Positions 13,084 to 24,802 of a DNA stretch of 64,000 nucleotides are shown here, piece after piece. How positions within the stretch are numbered: the first letter of the stretch is position 1; the number at the start of each line of letters is the position of its first letter. A model generated the notes under the pieces. It worked only from the letters and a program-made list of their open reading frames with translations, had not been told where the DNA came from and made no database searches. Both the position numbers and the translations under genes were made by a program. Source of the DNA: Mobula hypostoma (Eukaryota); the NCBI RefSeq assembly GCF_963921235.1, contig NC_086109.1:17548001-17612000 (forward strand), in the 5' to 3' direction.

Positions 13084-14894
13084 TAGTTTTCCCTTGCATC
13101 TGTACACAAATTCCTCCTCTCAGTGTATCATAGCTTTGAATATACTGATTGAAGATACTGGAACAGTATTAAGATATTACTTGGAATATTCTCACATATA
13201 ATCCACTTCTCCCACAGCATTTTTGATTATTCCTCCTCCACTTTTAAGCTCTTAAATGTAATGCACTTCGCAACACGTGTAAAGTTTGCCCTACACTGTA
13301 TTGAGGTCCTAGTGGGTTTCTTAATATTCTCAAGCTTGCCAGATTGATGCATAAATCTAGCTGATTTACTACAGCAGCTCATAGGTGGAATATTATTGCC
13401 TGGAAGTTCAATATCTTCATGCTGTTTCCTTCAACAATATGAAATGGAAAGCATTTCTGGTTCATGTTGCATAAATTGGGAAATTGGATTAGAGGCTTCC
13501 TGTTGTTGTAAAAATCGGAAATGCTGTAAATACTTGGCAGGTCAGGCAGCATCAGTGAAAAGGGAAAATGAATTAACCTTTTGGTTCCTAGACTCTTCAC
13601 CAGTTCAGGTGAAAGGAAAAGGTCTTACTGGTGACACCATTGCACTGAAGCATTTGACAAGCTCATGTGATGTTGGTACCTTTCTAGATGTTCAACAAAC
13701 CTCCTACATGAGCAAACTTCCTGTACATTTTCTAGGAAAAGATGACACAATTGTGAAAAAGTGTGCAGTTAGAGAGAATATGCAAAACTGCAAAACCCTC
13801 TGCTTGGACACAGGATAAGATTGGCACCAGAGAGGTCACTGAACTGTTAGGCCATAAACATTGGTGCAGAATTAGGCCCACCGGCCCGTTGAGTCTGGTT
13901 CCCCTCCCTCTTTCTTCTAAGTTCCAGCGAATACGGGCCCAGAGCCATCAAATGCTCTTCATATGCTAATCCTTCATTCCCAGGATCATTCTCGTGCACC
14001 TCCTCTGGACTTTCTCCATTGCCAGCACATCCTCTCTTAAAAAAAGGTGCCTAAAACTACTCACAATACTCTAAATGCGGTCTGACCAATGCCTTATAAA
14101 CCCTCAGCATTACATCCTTGTTTTTATATCTTAGTCATCTCGAAATGAATGCTAACATTGCATTTTCTTTCCTTACCATGGACTCAACCTGCAAGTTAGC
14201 CTTTAGGGAATCCTGCACGAGGACTTCCAAAACCCTTTGCACATTGCAAGAACAATTTGGGTTCTTAACTGTTTGTGCAACAAGGGACAGAATTTACTTC
14301 CAATTGACAGGAAGATCAATGCGAGTATAGCTAGACACGGGATACCTATGTCATTTGTTTCACAGTGTATACTCAAGGAGAAGTTTATTTCGTAATCCTC
14401 GCAGCCTTGATATGTTCACCTCTTGCATATAGAGGAGACAGAATCCCTGGTTGTGGGAGAGATTACAATTCCTTTGATACTGGAATTTGTATATCTCCAA
14501 CCTACAAAGCACAGCAAGTGTTCCACAACATGTACACAGGCCAGAAGTAACAACTTACAACAATATATTGGGGAGTTGTCCATATCTAAAGCTATTCTGC
14601 TACAAAAGAACACAGGATCCTGCCATTTCAAAGGTTTTTAATTTAAAAGACACACTGGACTACATTCCTGAGACAGCATTCTTTCTTTGATTAAAGATAG
14701 ACCAGCTATCCACTGTTCAAGGCTGGACTCTGTGGGTTATGAAGTCATACCTCCAAATTCCAGGAGACGGTTACTGACCGGCCTACACAAGATGTCATCC
14801 TGGAACGTGGCAACGGAGGCCTTGGGATGGTGATTACTTTAGCTGACCAAGAGCAGGCAAGGTATTACTGAAATTTGGTGCAATGCATACTTAT

Positions 14895-15060
14895 TGCTGG
14901 CGGAACTCAGCAGGTCAGACAGCATCTGTGGAAATGAATAAACGGTTGACACTTCAGGCCGAGGCCCTTCTTCGGGATTGGAAAGGAAGGGGGAGGACGC
15001 TAGAATAAAAAGGTGGGGTGAGGGGAAGGGGGATAGCTAGAAGATGATAGGTGAAATTTG
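14895..15060 (-). mobile_element. Single diverged Penelope-like terminal arm
   Basis: tgctggcggaactcagcaggtcagacagcatc..cttcaggccgaggcccttcttcgggattgg followed by the purine-rich tract seen in the 22 kb arm. Confidence 0.65.
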
Positions 15061-15696
15061 GTAACTGGTTTATTGTTGTCACATGTTCCGAGCTACTATG
15101 AAAAGTTTTATTTTGCATGCCAGCCATACAGATTACAACAGTGTATTGAGGTGGTACAAGATAAAAGCAATAACAGATTGGAGGATGAAGTGTTCCAGTT
15201 ACACAGAAAGTGTAGTTCAGGCAAACACTGAGGTGCAAGACCATGACAAAGTAGATGAGTGAGGTCAAGGGTCTATCTTAAGATCCACTCAAGAGTTAAA
15301 TGACAGTGAGATACAGGCTGCCTTTGAACATGGCGCTCTGTGCCTTCTGGATTTTACACCTTCTGTCCGATGGAAGGGCGGGGGAAGAGAGAAAGCCTGA
15401 GGTGGCCGGGGTCTTGGGTCATAATTGTGACTTTTCAAATGCAGTGAGAAGTGTAGATAGAGTCCACGGTGAGGACGCTGGTATTCGTGAAGTCATTTGT
15501 GAGTCTGTATGGCTGCATCTGGGGACCATAAGCACTCCATCATGGACTACATTCACCGCAGAAGCAGGTGGACAGGATTTTCTGGTTGTGATTGACGCAA
15601 TTCCACTTGTTTGGGAGAGCTTCTAACACAACTGACCACCACCGGAAGGACTGTGCTTCCTCAGAACTATCTCTTTGCATTTTGTGGATTTACTCA

Positions 15697-16082
15697 GGAG
15701 GATGGCGAGGTGGAGATACGTCTCTACCACAGGAGGTATAAGCTGCTCCTTCCCTCCGCTAGCCCGCAAGTTACCCTTGGGCAAGGTGTAGCACCTGGTT
15801 AGCCCCCTGACCAGGGTCATGTGAAGCCACGGGAGCAGGTGGTGGATGGTTGTATGAGCAGCTGGTGCACATCACAAGTCCTGGTTATGCGATCACTGAT
15901 GCCAGGCAGACCATCTCTGAAGTGTATTGATAATGGCTGGGGTCACCCATCTTGTAAAGATTCTGTCCAGAAGAAGGCAAAGGCAAGCCTCTTCTGTAGA
16001 AAAACTTGCCATGAACAGTTATAGTTATAAAGACCATGATCGCCCATGTCATATGACATGGCATGTAATGATGATGATGATC
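15697..16082 (+). mobile_element. RTE/BovB-related non-autonomous retroelement
   Basis: The 3' part agaagaaggcaaaggcaagcc..cttgcc resembles RTE/BovB tails, followed by an (ATG)n tail. A second copy lies at 31805-32180. Confidence 0.6.
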
Positions 16083-16427
16083 AAGAAGGAATTTGTGTTA
16101 GACCAATGTCCCTAATTTATTGCACAAAAACTTGAAACAAAATGGGGTTTACATATTTTGCTGCCAACTTATCATCCTATAGCTAACAGTACAGTTGAGT
16201 GACCTGGTCAAATCTTTAAGAAAACCTGGACAAAACCGAATTCTCAGTGACCGGAAGTGCACTGAGAGCGGTAAGCGTAAAGGAGTTGGGTGCTTACTGT
16301 TCTGGCTAACAACGGATGGTGCAATCCGGGGTATATTACGATCGAGGAACGTGTTGGCAGGGTGGATATTGAACTTTTTACTGTTGGACTTCGGCCACAT
16401 TCCACCGTGATACAACACTTGGCGGCA

Positions 16428-16672
16428 CGGGAGGTCGTTCCTGCCTGTGGCCATCGAACGTTCAGCTCCTCCCATGGAGGGTCAGACACCCTGAGCCAAT
16501 AGACTGGTCCTGGACTTATTTTCCATCTGGCATAGTTTGCATTTTGGTGTTTGATTGTTGGGGTTTGTTGTATTGCTATATTTATGCTCTATTCTTGGTT
16601 GGTGCGGCTGTAACGAAATCAAGTTTCCCTCGGGATTAATAAAGTATATCTATCTATCTATCTATCTATCTA
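16428..16672 (+). mobile_element. Rex1/Babar-like LINE 3' end with (TATC)n tail
   Basis: RSFLPVAI-like ORF end, then ccctcgggattaataaagta followed by (TATC)n at about 16646-16672. Confidence 0.6.
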
Positions 16673-16861
16673 CTCCTTCTTCCCAAAAGTTGGCTCGACC
16701 TTGCTCCAAGTATGATGTGTCTTCCGCTATTTCCAAATATCGTCTGCAGGAATTGCGAACTCACTAAGCGATTGGAGAAGTAAGAACGTGTGTGGGTGTA
16801 AGTGATAGGTGAAAGGGAGGAAAGGGACTTGTTTTGCTATTGTTTTGTTGCTTGTAGTGTT

Positions 16862-17045
16862 CTGCTTTGTTGCTTTCTGCATTGTCCTGTCGAGCACTGT
16901 GGGTATGCGATGTTGGGGCCAGATTGCTGCTTTCTGTGTAGTTCTGTCGAGCACTGTGGGTGTGTTACGTTGGGGCCGGATTGCTGCTTTCTGCGTTGTT
17001 CTGTCGAGCACTGTGCGTATGCTACGTTGGGGCCGGATTGTGTGG
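16862..17045 (+). repeat. Tandem repeat, about 59-bp unit x3, inside a SINE-like tail
   Basis: The unit tgctttctg..gttctgtcgagcactgtg.gt.tg..acgttggggccggat is repeated three times. Confidence 0.85.
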
Positions 17046-18531
17046 CGACACTTGCGGGTTACCCCCACCCCCCGTACATCCTCGGTTGTGTTGGTTGTTA
17101 ATGCAAATGACACATTTCACTCACCTTGGGCATTCTCTCTTCTCCCCTCTTCCACTGGGCAAAAGATACAAAAGCCTGAAAGCATGACCCACTAGGCTCA
17201 AGGACAGCTGTTATAAGGCTATGAAGCATTCCCGAGAAGAATAAGATGGACTCTTGAAATTACAATCTACCTCATTATGGCCTTGCACTTTATTGTTCAC
17301 CTGCACTGCACTTTCTCTGTAGCTGTTGCCCTAGTCTGCGTTCTGTTACTATTTTACCCTGTTCTGCCTCAGGCACTGTGTAATGATTTGATCTGTATGA
17401 ATTTTACACAAGTTTTTCACTGCATCTTGATGCATGTGACAATGATAAATCAATCAATTCCAATGCCAATTTCAAGCGAAGCAGTGACATTAGTTAGAAT
17501 GTCCCGAGAGGTGAACAAAGGAGAAGTAAGAGAAAATAGGGATTAGGATGTGGAAGAGGGGTGTGATCTATTTCTTTGACACAAAAAGTTGCATTGGTAT
17601 TCAAACTCTCAAGCATTACAACGGTGCAAGTTGTTGAAAGTTCACTCAATAATGCTCAAGAACATTCCTATGAGTGCATACACTTATGCACAAAATTATC
17701 TAAAGGTCAGGTCTCTCTCTATTATACTGTAAATTGTATTTTGTTACACTGATATAACGCATTCTGCAATGACACATGAAAAGATTTATGACCTATCATA
17801 GAATAGGAAATTGCATCCTGATTCAGCTTTGGGTAAATTTACTTAGCATTCTACTAAAAGCTAATCATAAATGGAAACATAACCTCTTGGATCCTACTAA
17901 ACTAGTAATTCAGATGTGCAGTGCCACATCATTGTTATTATGTGTTTATAGAGAATGCCAAGGTACATTGAAGCAAAGGTTTAACACTCCACTCTACAGT
18001 AAAAAGTACTAAAAGTATTGTACATCTGTTAAACAGCTCCTACAACTTACAACCATTCTAGACAACATGGGTCAGTGACAGGCCACTTCTATGTCTTCCA
18101 GTCAGGGGTTCAAGTCCCAGTTTATATAGTATAGGGGGAAATTTCTTTGCAAACTCAATTCATCAGGCATCTTTAAAATTGCCAGGTTTTCCAAATTCCT
18201 GTGCAAAGGACGAAGTGTTATATCAAGATCCTCACTGTTCTCACAAATTGATGTTACATTATCCTATGGTAATACAGTAGTTTGAAGAACAGAATTAGCT
18301 TTGGCATTATTTAGCCTTCAGTTAAAACAAATCCATTGACCATTATTACTTGCTGTTTGTGGGAGTTTGTTTTGCACAAACTGTCTGCCAAAATTGAGCG
18401 CAAAATGTTTTGAGGCATCTCAGTTTGTGAAATGTATTGCGTAACCATCTTTGAATGAATCAAAATTTCCACCAGAGTAAGTTAGGAAAAACATTTAGTA
18501 TGGCCACAGTCAGATCCGATCTAAATTCGTC

Positions 18532-19986
18532 ATAACTCCATCAAAAAAGGAGGGAGAGAGAAACCGGGGAATTATAGACTGGCTAGCCTAACGTCGGTGG
18601 TGGGGAAACTGCCGGAGTCAGTTATCAAGGATGTGATAACAGCACATTTGGAAAGCAGTGAAATCATCGGACAAAGTCAGCATGGATTTGTGAAAGGAAA
18701 ATCATGTCTGACGAATCTCACAGAATTTTTTGAGGATGTAACTAGTAGAGTGGATAGGGGAGAACCAGTGGATGTGGTATATTTGGATTTTCAAAAGGCT
18801 TTTGACAAGGTCCCACACAGGAGATTAGTGTGCAAACTTAAAGCACACGGTATTGGGGGTAAGGTATTGGTGTGGGTGGAGAATTGGTTAGCAGACAGGA
18901 AGCAAAGAGTGGGAATAAACGGGACCTTTTCAGAATGGCAGGCGGTGACTAGTGGGGTACCGCAAGGCTCAGTGCTGGGACCCCAGTTGTTTACAATATA
19001 TATTAATGACTTGGATGAGGGAATTAAATGCAGCATCTCCAAGTTTGCGGATGACACGAAGCTGGGTGGCAGTGTTAGCTGTGAGGAGGATGCTAAGAGG
19101 ATGCAGGGTGACTTGGATAGGTTGGGTGAGTGGGCAAATTCATGGCAGATGCAATTTAATGTGGATAAATGTGAAGTTATCCACTTTGGTGGCAAAAATA
19201 GGAAAACAGATTATTATCTGAATGGTGGCCGATTAGGAAAAGGGGAGGTGCAACGAGACCTGGGTGTCATTATACACCAGTCATTGAAAGTGGGCATGCA
19301 GGTACAGCAGGCAGTGAAAAAGGCGAACGGTATGCTGGCATTTATAGTGAGAGGATTCGAGTACAGGAGCAGGGAGGTACTACTGCAGTTGTACAAGGCC
19401 TTGGTGAGACCACACCTGGAGTATTGTGTGCAGTTTTGGTCCCCTAATCTGAGGAAAGACATCCTTGCCATAGAGGGAGTACAAAGAAGGTTCACCAGAT
19501 TGATTCCTGGGATGGCAGGACTTTCATATGAAGAAAGACTGGATGAACTGGGCTTGTACTCGTTGGAATTTAGAAGATTGAGAGGGGATCTGATTGAAAC
19601 GTATAAGATCCTAAAGGGATTGGACAGGCTAGATGCAGGAAGATTGTTCCCGATGTTGGGGAAGTCCAGAACGAGGGACCACAGTTTGAGGATAGAGGGG
19701 AAGCCTTTTAGGACCGAGATTAGGAAAAACTTCTTCACACAGAGAGTGGTGAATCTGTGGAATTCTCTGCCACAGGAAATAGTTGAGGCCAGTTTATTGG
19801 CTATATTTAAGAGGGAGTTAGATAGGGCCCTTGTGGCTACGGGGGTCAGGGGGTATGGAGGGAAGGCTGGGGCGGGGTTCTGAGTTGGAGGATCAGCCAT
19901 GATCATAATAAATGGCGGTGCAGGCTCGAAGGGCCGAATGGCCTACTCCTGCACCTATTTTCTATGTTTCTATGTTTCTATGTTTC
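18532..19986 (+). mobile_element. Young 5'-truncated CR1-like LINE with uninterrupted 428-aa RT/C-terminal frame
   Basis: ORF 18597-19883 has YLDFQKAFDKVPH, SGVPQGSVLGPQLF and KFADD. There is a (TATGTTTC)3 tail at 19963-19986. No endonuclease domain is present. Confidence 0.92.
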
Positions 19987-20224
19987 TTCAAATTTCACAC
20001 AAAGTCACTAGGAAGCTAAGTGATTGTGTTATTCCCTGCTGGGTCCTTGCCTTCACATTTACTTTCTCAATATATTTTTTGTTACAGATAGACTGGAAAG
20101 CCTGAGTGTCAGGACTGGAGGTAAGGGTCAGGCTGATTTCACTCACTCTCCCACAATGTTATTTCCTCTCTCCGTGGCACCAAGGCTGTGCTTCATCTCT
20201 GTGAGTTTTTGTGGCGTTTAGTCC

Positions 20225-20725
20225 CACTAATATGTGGAAACCATAGAAAGGGTGCAGAGGAGATTTACAAGGATGTTGCCTGGATTGGGGAGCATGCCTT
20301 ATGAGAATAGGTTGAATGAACTTGGCCTTTTCTCCTTGGAGGGATGGAGGATGAGAGGTGATCTGATAGAGGTGTATAAGATGATGAGAGGCATTGATCG
20401 TGTGGATAGTCAGAGGCTTTTTCCCAGGGCTGAAATGGCTAGCATGAGAGGGCACAGTTTTAAGGTGCTTGGAAGCAGGTACAGAGGAGATGTCAGGGGT
20501 AGGTTTTTTATGCAGAGTGTTGAGTGCATGGAATGGGCTGCCAGCGATGGTGGTGGAGGCGGATACGATAGGGTCTTTTAAGAGACTCCTGGACAGGTAC
20601 ATGGAGCTCAAAAAAATAGAGGACTATGGGTAACCTTAGGTAATTTCTAAGGTAAGGACATGTTCGGCACAGCTTTGTGGGCCTAAGGGCCTGTATTGTG
20701 CTGTAGGTTGTCTGTATTTCTAATA
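20225..20725 (+). mobile_element. CR1-like LINE 3' fragment (same subfamily as 8211-9828)
   Basis: ORF 20234-20581 has IERVQRRFTRMLPGL..MRGDLIEVYKMM. The 3' UTR matches the reverse complement of 8230-8345. Confidence 0.85.
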
Positions 20726-22035
20726 TGATGAACTGAGACTGAGGCTTGAGCATCTCTGACTGCTCCGGGGAGCAGATCTAAGTTCAGAATGCTCTTGCTT
20801 GCTTCTATTGTTTGCATGATGTTGTGTTTTTTTTTTCTCTTTCTCTGCACAGTGATTTTGGTCTTTATTTATTTTTTAATTTGTTTCCTCTGGTTTCTTG
20901 CTTTGTGGCTGCCTGTAAGCAGACAAATCTCAAGGTGTATAATTTATATATTTCTTGATAATAAATATGCTTTGGATCATTGAATCTTCGAAACTATGCA
21001 GATCATTTCCTTACAAAAGTGCATTAATGCTTTGAGAAAGTACAAGGAGAAAGCAATTACAGAATGTAGAATCAAGTGTTACCGATACAGAGACAGTGCA
21101 GTGTACACAGACAATAAGGCAGAACATAAGGTCAAGCGTGCATCTTATAGTACAAGGGGACTGTTCAATAGTCTTAAACAGTGGAATAGAAGCTGTCCTT
21201 GAGCCCGGCCAAAGTCAGAGCAAATTTGTTATCGAAGTATGTATACATCACCATATGCTCCCTTGAGATTCACTTTTTTTGTAGCAGTTTACAGGAAAAT
21301 AAAGAAATACAGACGAATTTATGAAAACCTATACATAAACAAAGACGACAAACAAGCAAAGTGCAAAAGAAGGCAAATTGTGCAAAAAATAAATAATGCC
21401 AAGAACATGAGTTGTAAGGTCTTTGAAAGTGAGTCCATAGGTTGTGGAATCAGTTCAGTGTTGAGGTGAGTGAAGTTATCAATGTTGGTTCAGGAACCTG
21501 ATGCTTATAACTGCTCTTGAACCTGGTGGTGTGGTATGTGTTTTCAGGATTTCATATCCTCTGCCCACCTCTGGCCCTTACTTTTTTGGCTGGAATTTCT
21601 CCCGTGGCTATTTAAGTCCTGGATTGCGACTCCTGTAGGAGCAAATCCCGATAAACATGGGACATGCTTGCCAAGAGCTGTTATTGTTGGACAGGGATTT
21701 CTACTAACTCCATTTAAAAATAGCTAACTGATAAATTGTCACTTCGCAGCCCATTTATCACTCATTCAGCATCTCAATATAAACAAAAACATACATTTCA
21801 GTGATTAACTTTTTTAAATAGTCGCTCTGAGGGTGATAGATGAATCAGATGCACTTTATGCACCAGATGTTAACAATCAGATACCCAAGACAATATTTGC
21901 TCTCCATCAGGAATCTTATATAATGCAAGTGAATGTAAAGGTAAACACAAAATAATCTGCAGATGCTGGGGTCAAAGCAACACTCACAACAGGCTGGAGG
22001 AACTCAGCAGGTCGGGCAGCATCCGCGGAAAAGAT

Positions 22036-22073
22036 CGGTCGACGTTTCAGGCCGGAACCCTTCGTCAGGACTG
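22036..22073 (-). ncRNA. Minimal type I hammerhead ribozyme motif (PLE left arm)
   Basis: The minus strand reads CAGTC CTGACGA A GGG TTCCGG CCT GAAAC GTC GACCG. Confidence 0.7.
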
Positions 22074-22337
22074 TAGGGGGAAGGGGCAGAGGCCCTATAA
22101 AGAAGGTGCGGGGAGGGTGGGAAGGAGAAGGCTAGTCAGTTCTAGGTGAAAAACCAGTAAGGGGAAAGTTAAAGGGGTGGGGGAAGGGAGGCAGGGAGGT
22201 GATAGGCAGGAAAGGCGAAGAAAGAATAGGGGAAAATACAATGGGTAGTAGAAGGAGGCGGAACCAAGAGGGAGGTGGTAGGCAGCTAGGGGAGGGGGCA
22301 GAGTGACATAGGGATAGAGGAAGGGAGGGGGAAGGAA

Positions 22338-23009
22338 TTACCAGAAGTTGGAGAATTCTATGTTCATACCAAGAGGCTGGAGACTACCTAGACGGTATAT
22401 GAGGTGTTGCTCCTCCAACCTGAGTTTAGCCTCATCATGGCAGTAGAGGAGGCTATGTATGGACATATCTGAATGGCAGTGGGAAGCAGAGTTGAAGTGG
22501 GTGGCTACTGAGAGAGTCTGCCTGTTTTGGCGGACGCAGCGGAGGTGCTCAATGAAGCGGTCCCCCAATCTGTGTTGGGTTTCACCGATGTGGAGGAGAC
22601 CGCACCGGGAGCACCGGATGCCATAGATGACCCCAACAGACTCACAAGTGAAGTGTTGCCTCACCTGGAAGTACTGTTTGGGGCCCTGAATGGTGGCAAG
22701 AGAGGAGGTGTAGGGACAAGTGTAGCACTTGCACTTACAGGGATAAGTGCCAGGTGGGAGATCCGTGGGGAGGGACGTGTGGACCAGGGAGTCGCGGAGG
22801 GACCGATCTCTGCGGAAGGCGGAGAGGGGTGGAGAGGGAAAGATGTGCTTAGTTGTGGGGTCCTGTTGAAGGTGGCAGAAGTTGCGGAGGATAATGTGTT
22901 GGATCCGGAGGCTAGTGGGGTGGTAGGTGAGGACAAGGGGAACTCTGTCCCTGTTGTGGTGGCGGGTGGATGGGGTGAGAGCCGAAGTGCGGGAAATGGA
23001 GGAGATGCG
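22338..23009 (-). pseudogene. Inverted duplicate of PLE C-terminal region / GIY-YIG endonuclease
   Basis: ORF 22338-22664 has VIYGIRCSRCGLLHIGET..RLGDRFIEH..LEEQHLIYRLGSLQPLGMN. Confidence 0.85.
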
Positions 23010-23015
23010 AATCTC

Positions 23016-24503
23016 GAACTTGTATCTGCCTACCTGGACTCCATTTTGTCACCCATAGTTCAGTCTCTCCCCACCTACATCCGGGATACCTCCCATGCCC
23101 TCCACCTCTTCAATAACTTCCCGTTCTCCGGTCCCAGCTGCTTCATTTTCACTATGGATGTCCAATCCCTATACACCTCCATTCCCCATGAAGAATGCCT
23201 CAAAGCCCTCCGTTACTTTCTGGATAATAGACCTCACCAGTTCCCCACCACCACTACCCTCCTCCGGTTGGCGGAACTGGTTCTCACGCTCAATAACTTC
23301 TCTTTTGGCTCTTCCCACTTTCTTCAGACCAAGGGTGTAGCTATGGGAACTCACATGGGCCCTAGCTATGCCTGCCTCTTCATTGGTTATGTGGAACAGT
23401 CTGTGCTCCAAACCTATTCTGGTACTGCTCCCCAACTTTTCCTTCGGTACGTTAACGACTACATTGGTGCTGCTTCCTGCACCCATGCTGAGCTCGTCAG
23501 TTTCATCGACTTTACTTCTAACTTCCACCCAGCCCTCAAGTTCACTTGGTCTATCTCGGACACTTCTCTCCCCTTTCTTGATCTCTCGGTCTCCATCTCT
23601 GGCGACAGACTGTCCACTGACATCTTCTACAAGCCCACTGACTCTCATAACTACCTCAACTATACTTCTTCCCACCCCGCCACATGCAAAAATGCCATTC
23701 CCTATTCCTAGTTCCTCCATCTCCGCCGCATCTGCTCCGAGGATGAGGCTTTCCGTTCCAGGACATCTCAAATGTCCTCTTTCTTTAAGGATCGTGGTTT
23801 CCCTTCTGCTGTCATCAATGATGCCCTCACCCGCATCTCCTCCATTTCCTGCACTTCGGCTCTCACCCCATCCTCCCGCCACCACAACAGGGACAGAGTT
23901 CCCCTTGTCCTCACCTACCACCCCACTAGCCTCCGGATCCAACACATTATCCTCCACAACTTCTGCCACCTTCAACAGGACCCCACCACTAAGCACATCT
24001 TTCCCTCTCCACCCCTCTCCGCCTTCCGCAGAGATCGGTCCCTCCGCGACTCCCTGGTCTACACGTCCCTCCCCACGGATCTCCCACCTGGCACTTATCC
24101 CTGTAAGTGCAAGTGCTACACTTGTCCCTACACCTCCTCTCTTGCCACCATTCAGGGCCCCAAACAGTACTTCCAAGTGAGGCAACACTTCACTTGTGAG
24201 TCTGTTGGGGTCGTCTATGGCATCCGGTGCTCCCAGTGCGGCCTCCTCTACATCAGTGAAACCCGACGCAGATTGGGGGACCGCTTCGTCAAGCACCTCC
24301 GCTCCATCCGCCACAACAGACAGGATCTCCCAGTAGCCAGCCACTTCAACTCTGCTTCCCACTGCCATTCAGATATGTCCATACATAGCCTCTTCTACTG
24401 CCATGATGAGGCTAAACTCAGGTTGGAGGAGCAACACCTCATATACCGTCTAGGTAGTCTCCAGCCCCTTGGTATGAATATAGAATTCTCCAACTTCCGG
24501 TAA
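23016..24503 (+). pseudogene. PLE RT + GIY-YIG endonuclease ORF, 5'-truncated, one in-frame stop
   Basis: RT motifs FTMDVQSLYTSIPH, QTKGVAMGTHMGPSYA and FLRYVND (YxDD decayed). After TAG at 23709-23711 the same frame continues to VVYGIRCSQCGLLYISET (GIY-YIG). Confidence 0.9.
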
Positions 24504-24764
24504 TTCCCTCCCCATCCCTTCTCCCATCCCTATGTCACTCAGCCCCCTCCCCCAGCTGCCTACCACCTCCCTCTTGGTTTCCCCTCCTTCTACTACCCAT
24601 TGTGTTTTCCCCTATTCTTTCTTCACCTTTCCTGCCTATCACCTCCTTGTCTCTCTTCCCCCACCCCTTTATCTTTCCCCTTACTGGTTTTTCTCCTGGA
24701 ACCTACCAGCCTTCTCCTTCCCACCCTCTCACCTTCTTTATAGGGCCTCTGCCCCTTCCCCCTA

Positions 24765-24802
24765 CAGTCCTGACGAAGGGTTCCGGCCCGAAACGTCGAC
24801 CG
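24765..24802 (+). ncRNA. Minimal type I hammerhead ribozyme motif (PLE right arm)
   Basis: CAGTC CTGACGA A GGG TTCCGG CCC GAAAC GTC GACCG: CUGANGA and GAAA core boxes, 3-bp stem II, palindromic ACGT stem III, GUC triplet. Confidence 0.75.

Noticed and set aside
16862..17045. CRISPR-like array
   Set aside because: Contiguous tandem units without unique spacers, in eukaryotic DNA with no cas genes.
18791..19906. 134-aa and 230-aa minus-strand ORFs
   Set aside because: Antisense shadows of CR1 ORF2.
22527..23711. 394-aa ORF as a novel RT fusion protein
   Set aside because: It is a chimera: the first ~160 aa are the antisense reading of the inverted arm, fused by chance in frame to the truncated RT. 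The catalytic YxDD is decayed and there is no ATG start.
23169..24368. 399-aa minus-strand ORF and 270-aa alternate-frame ORF (23368-24180)
   Set aside because: Shadow frames of the C-rich PLE coding sequence, with no recognisable domain.
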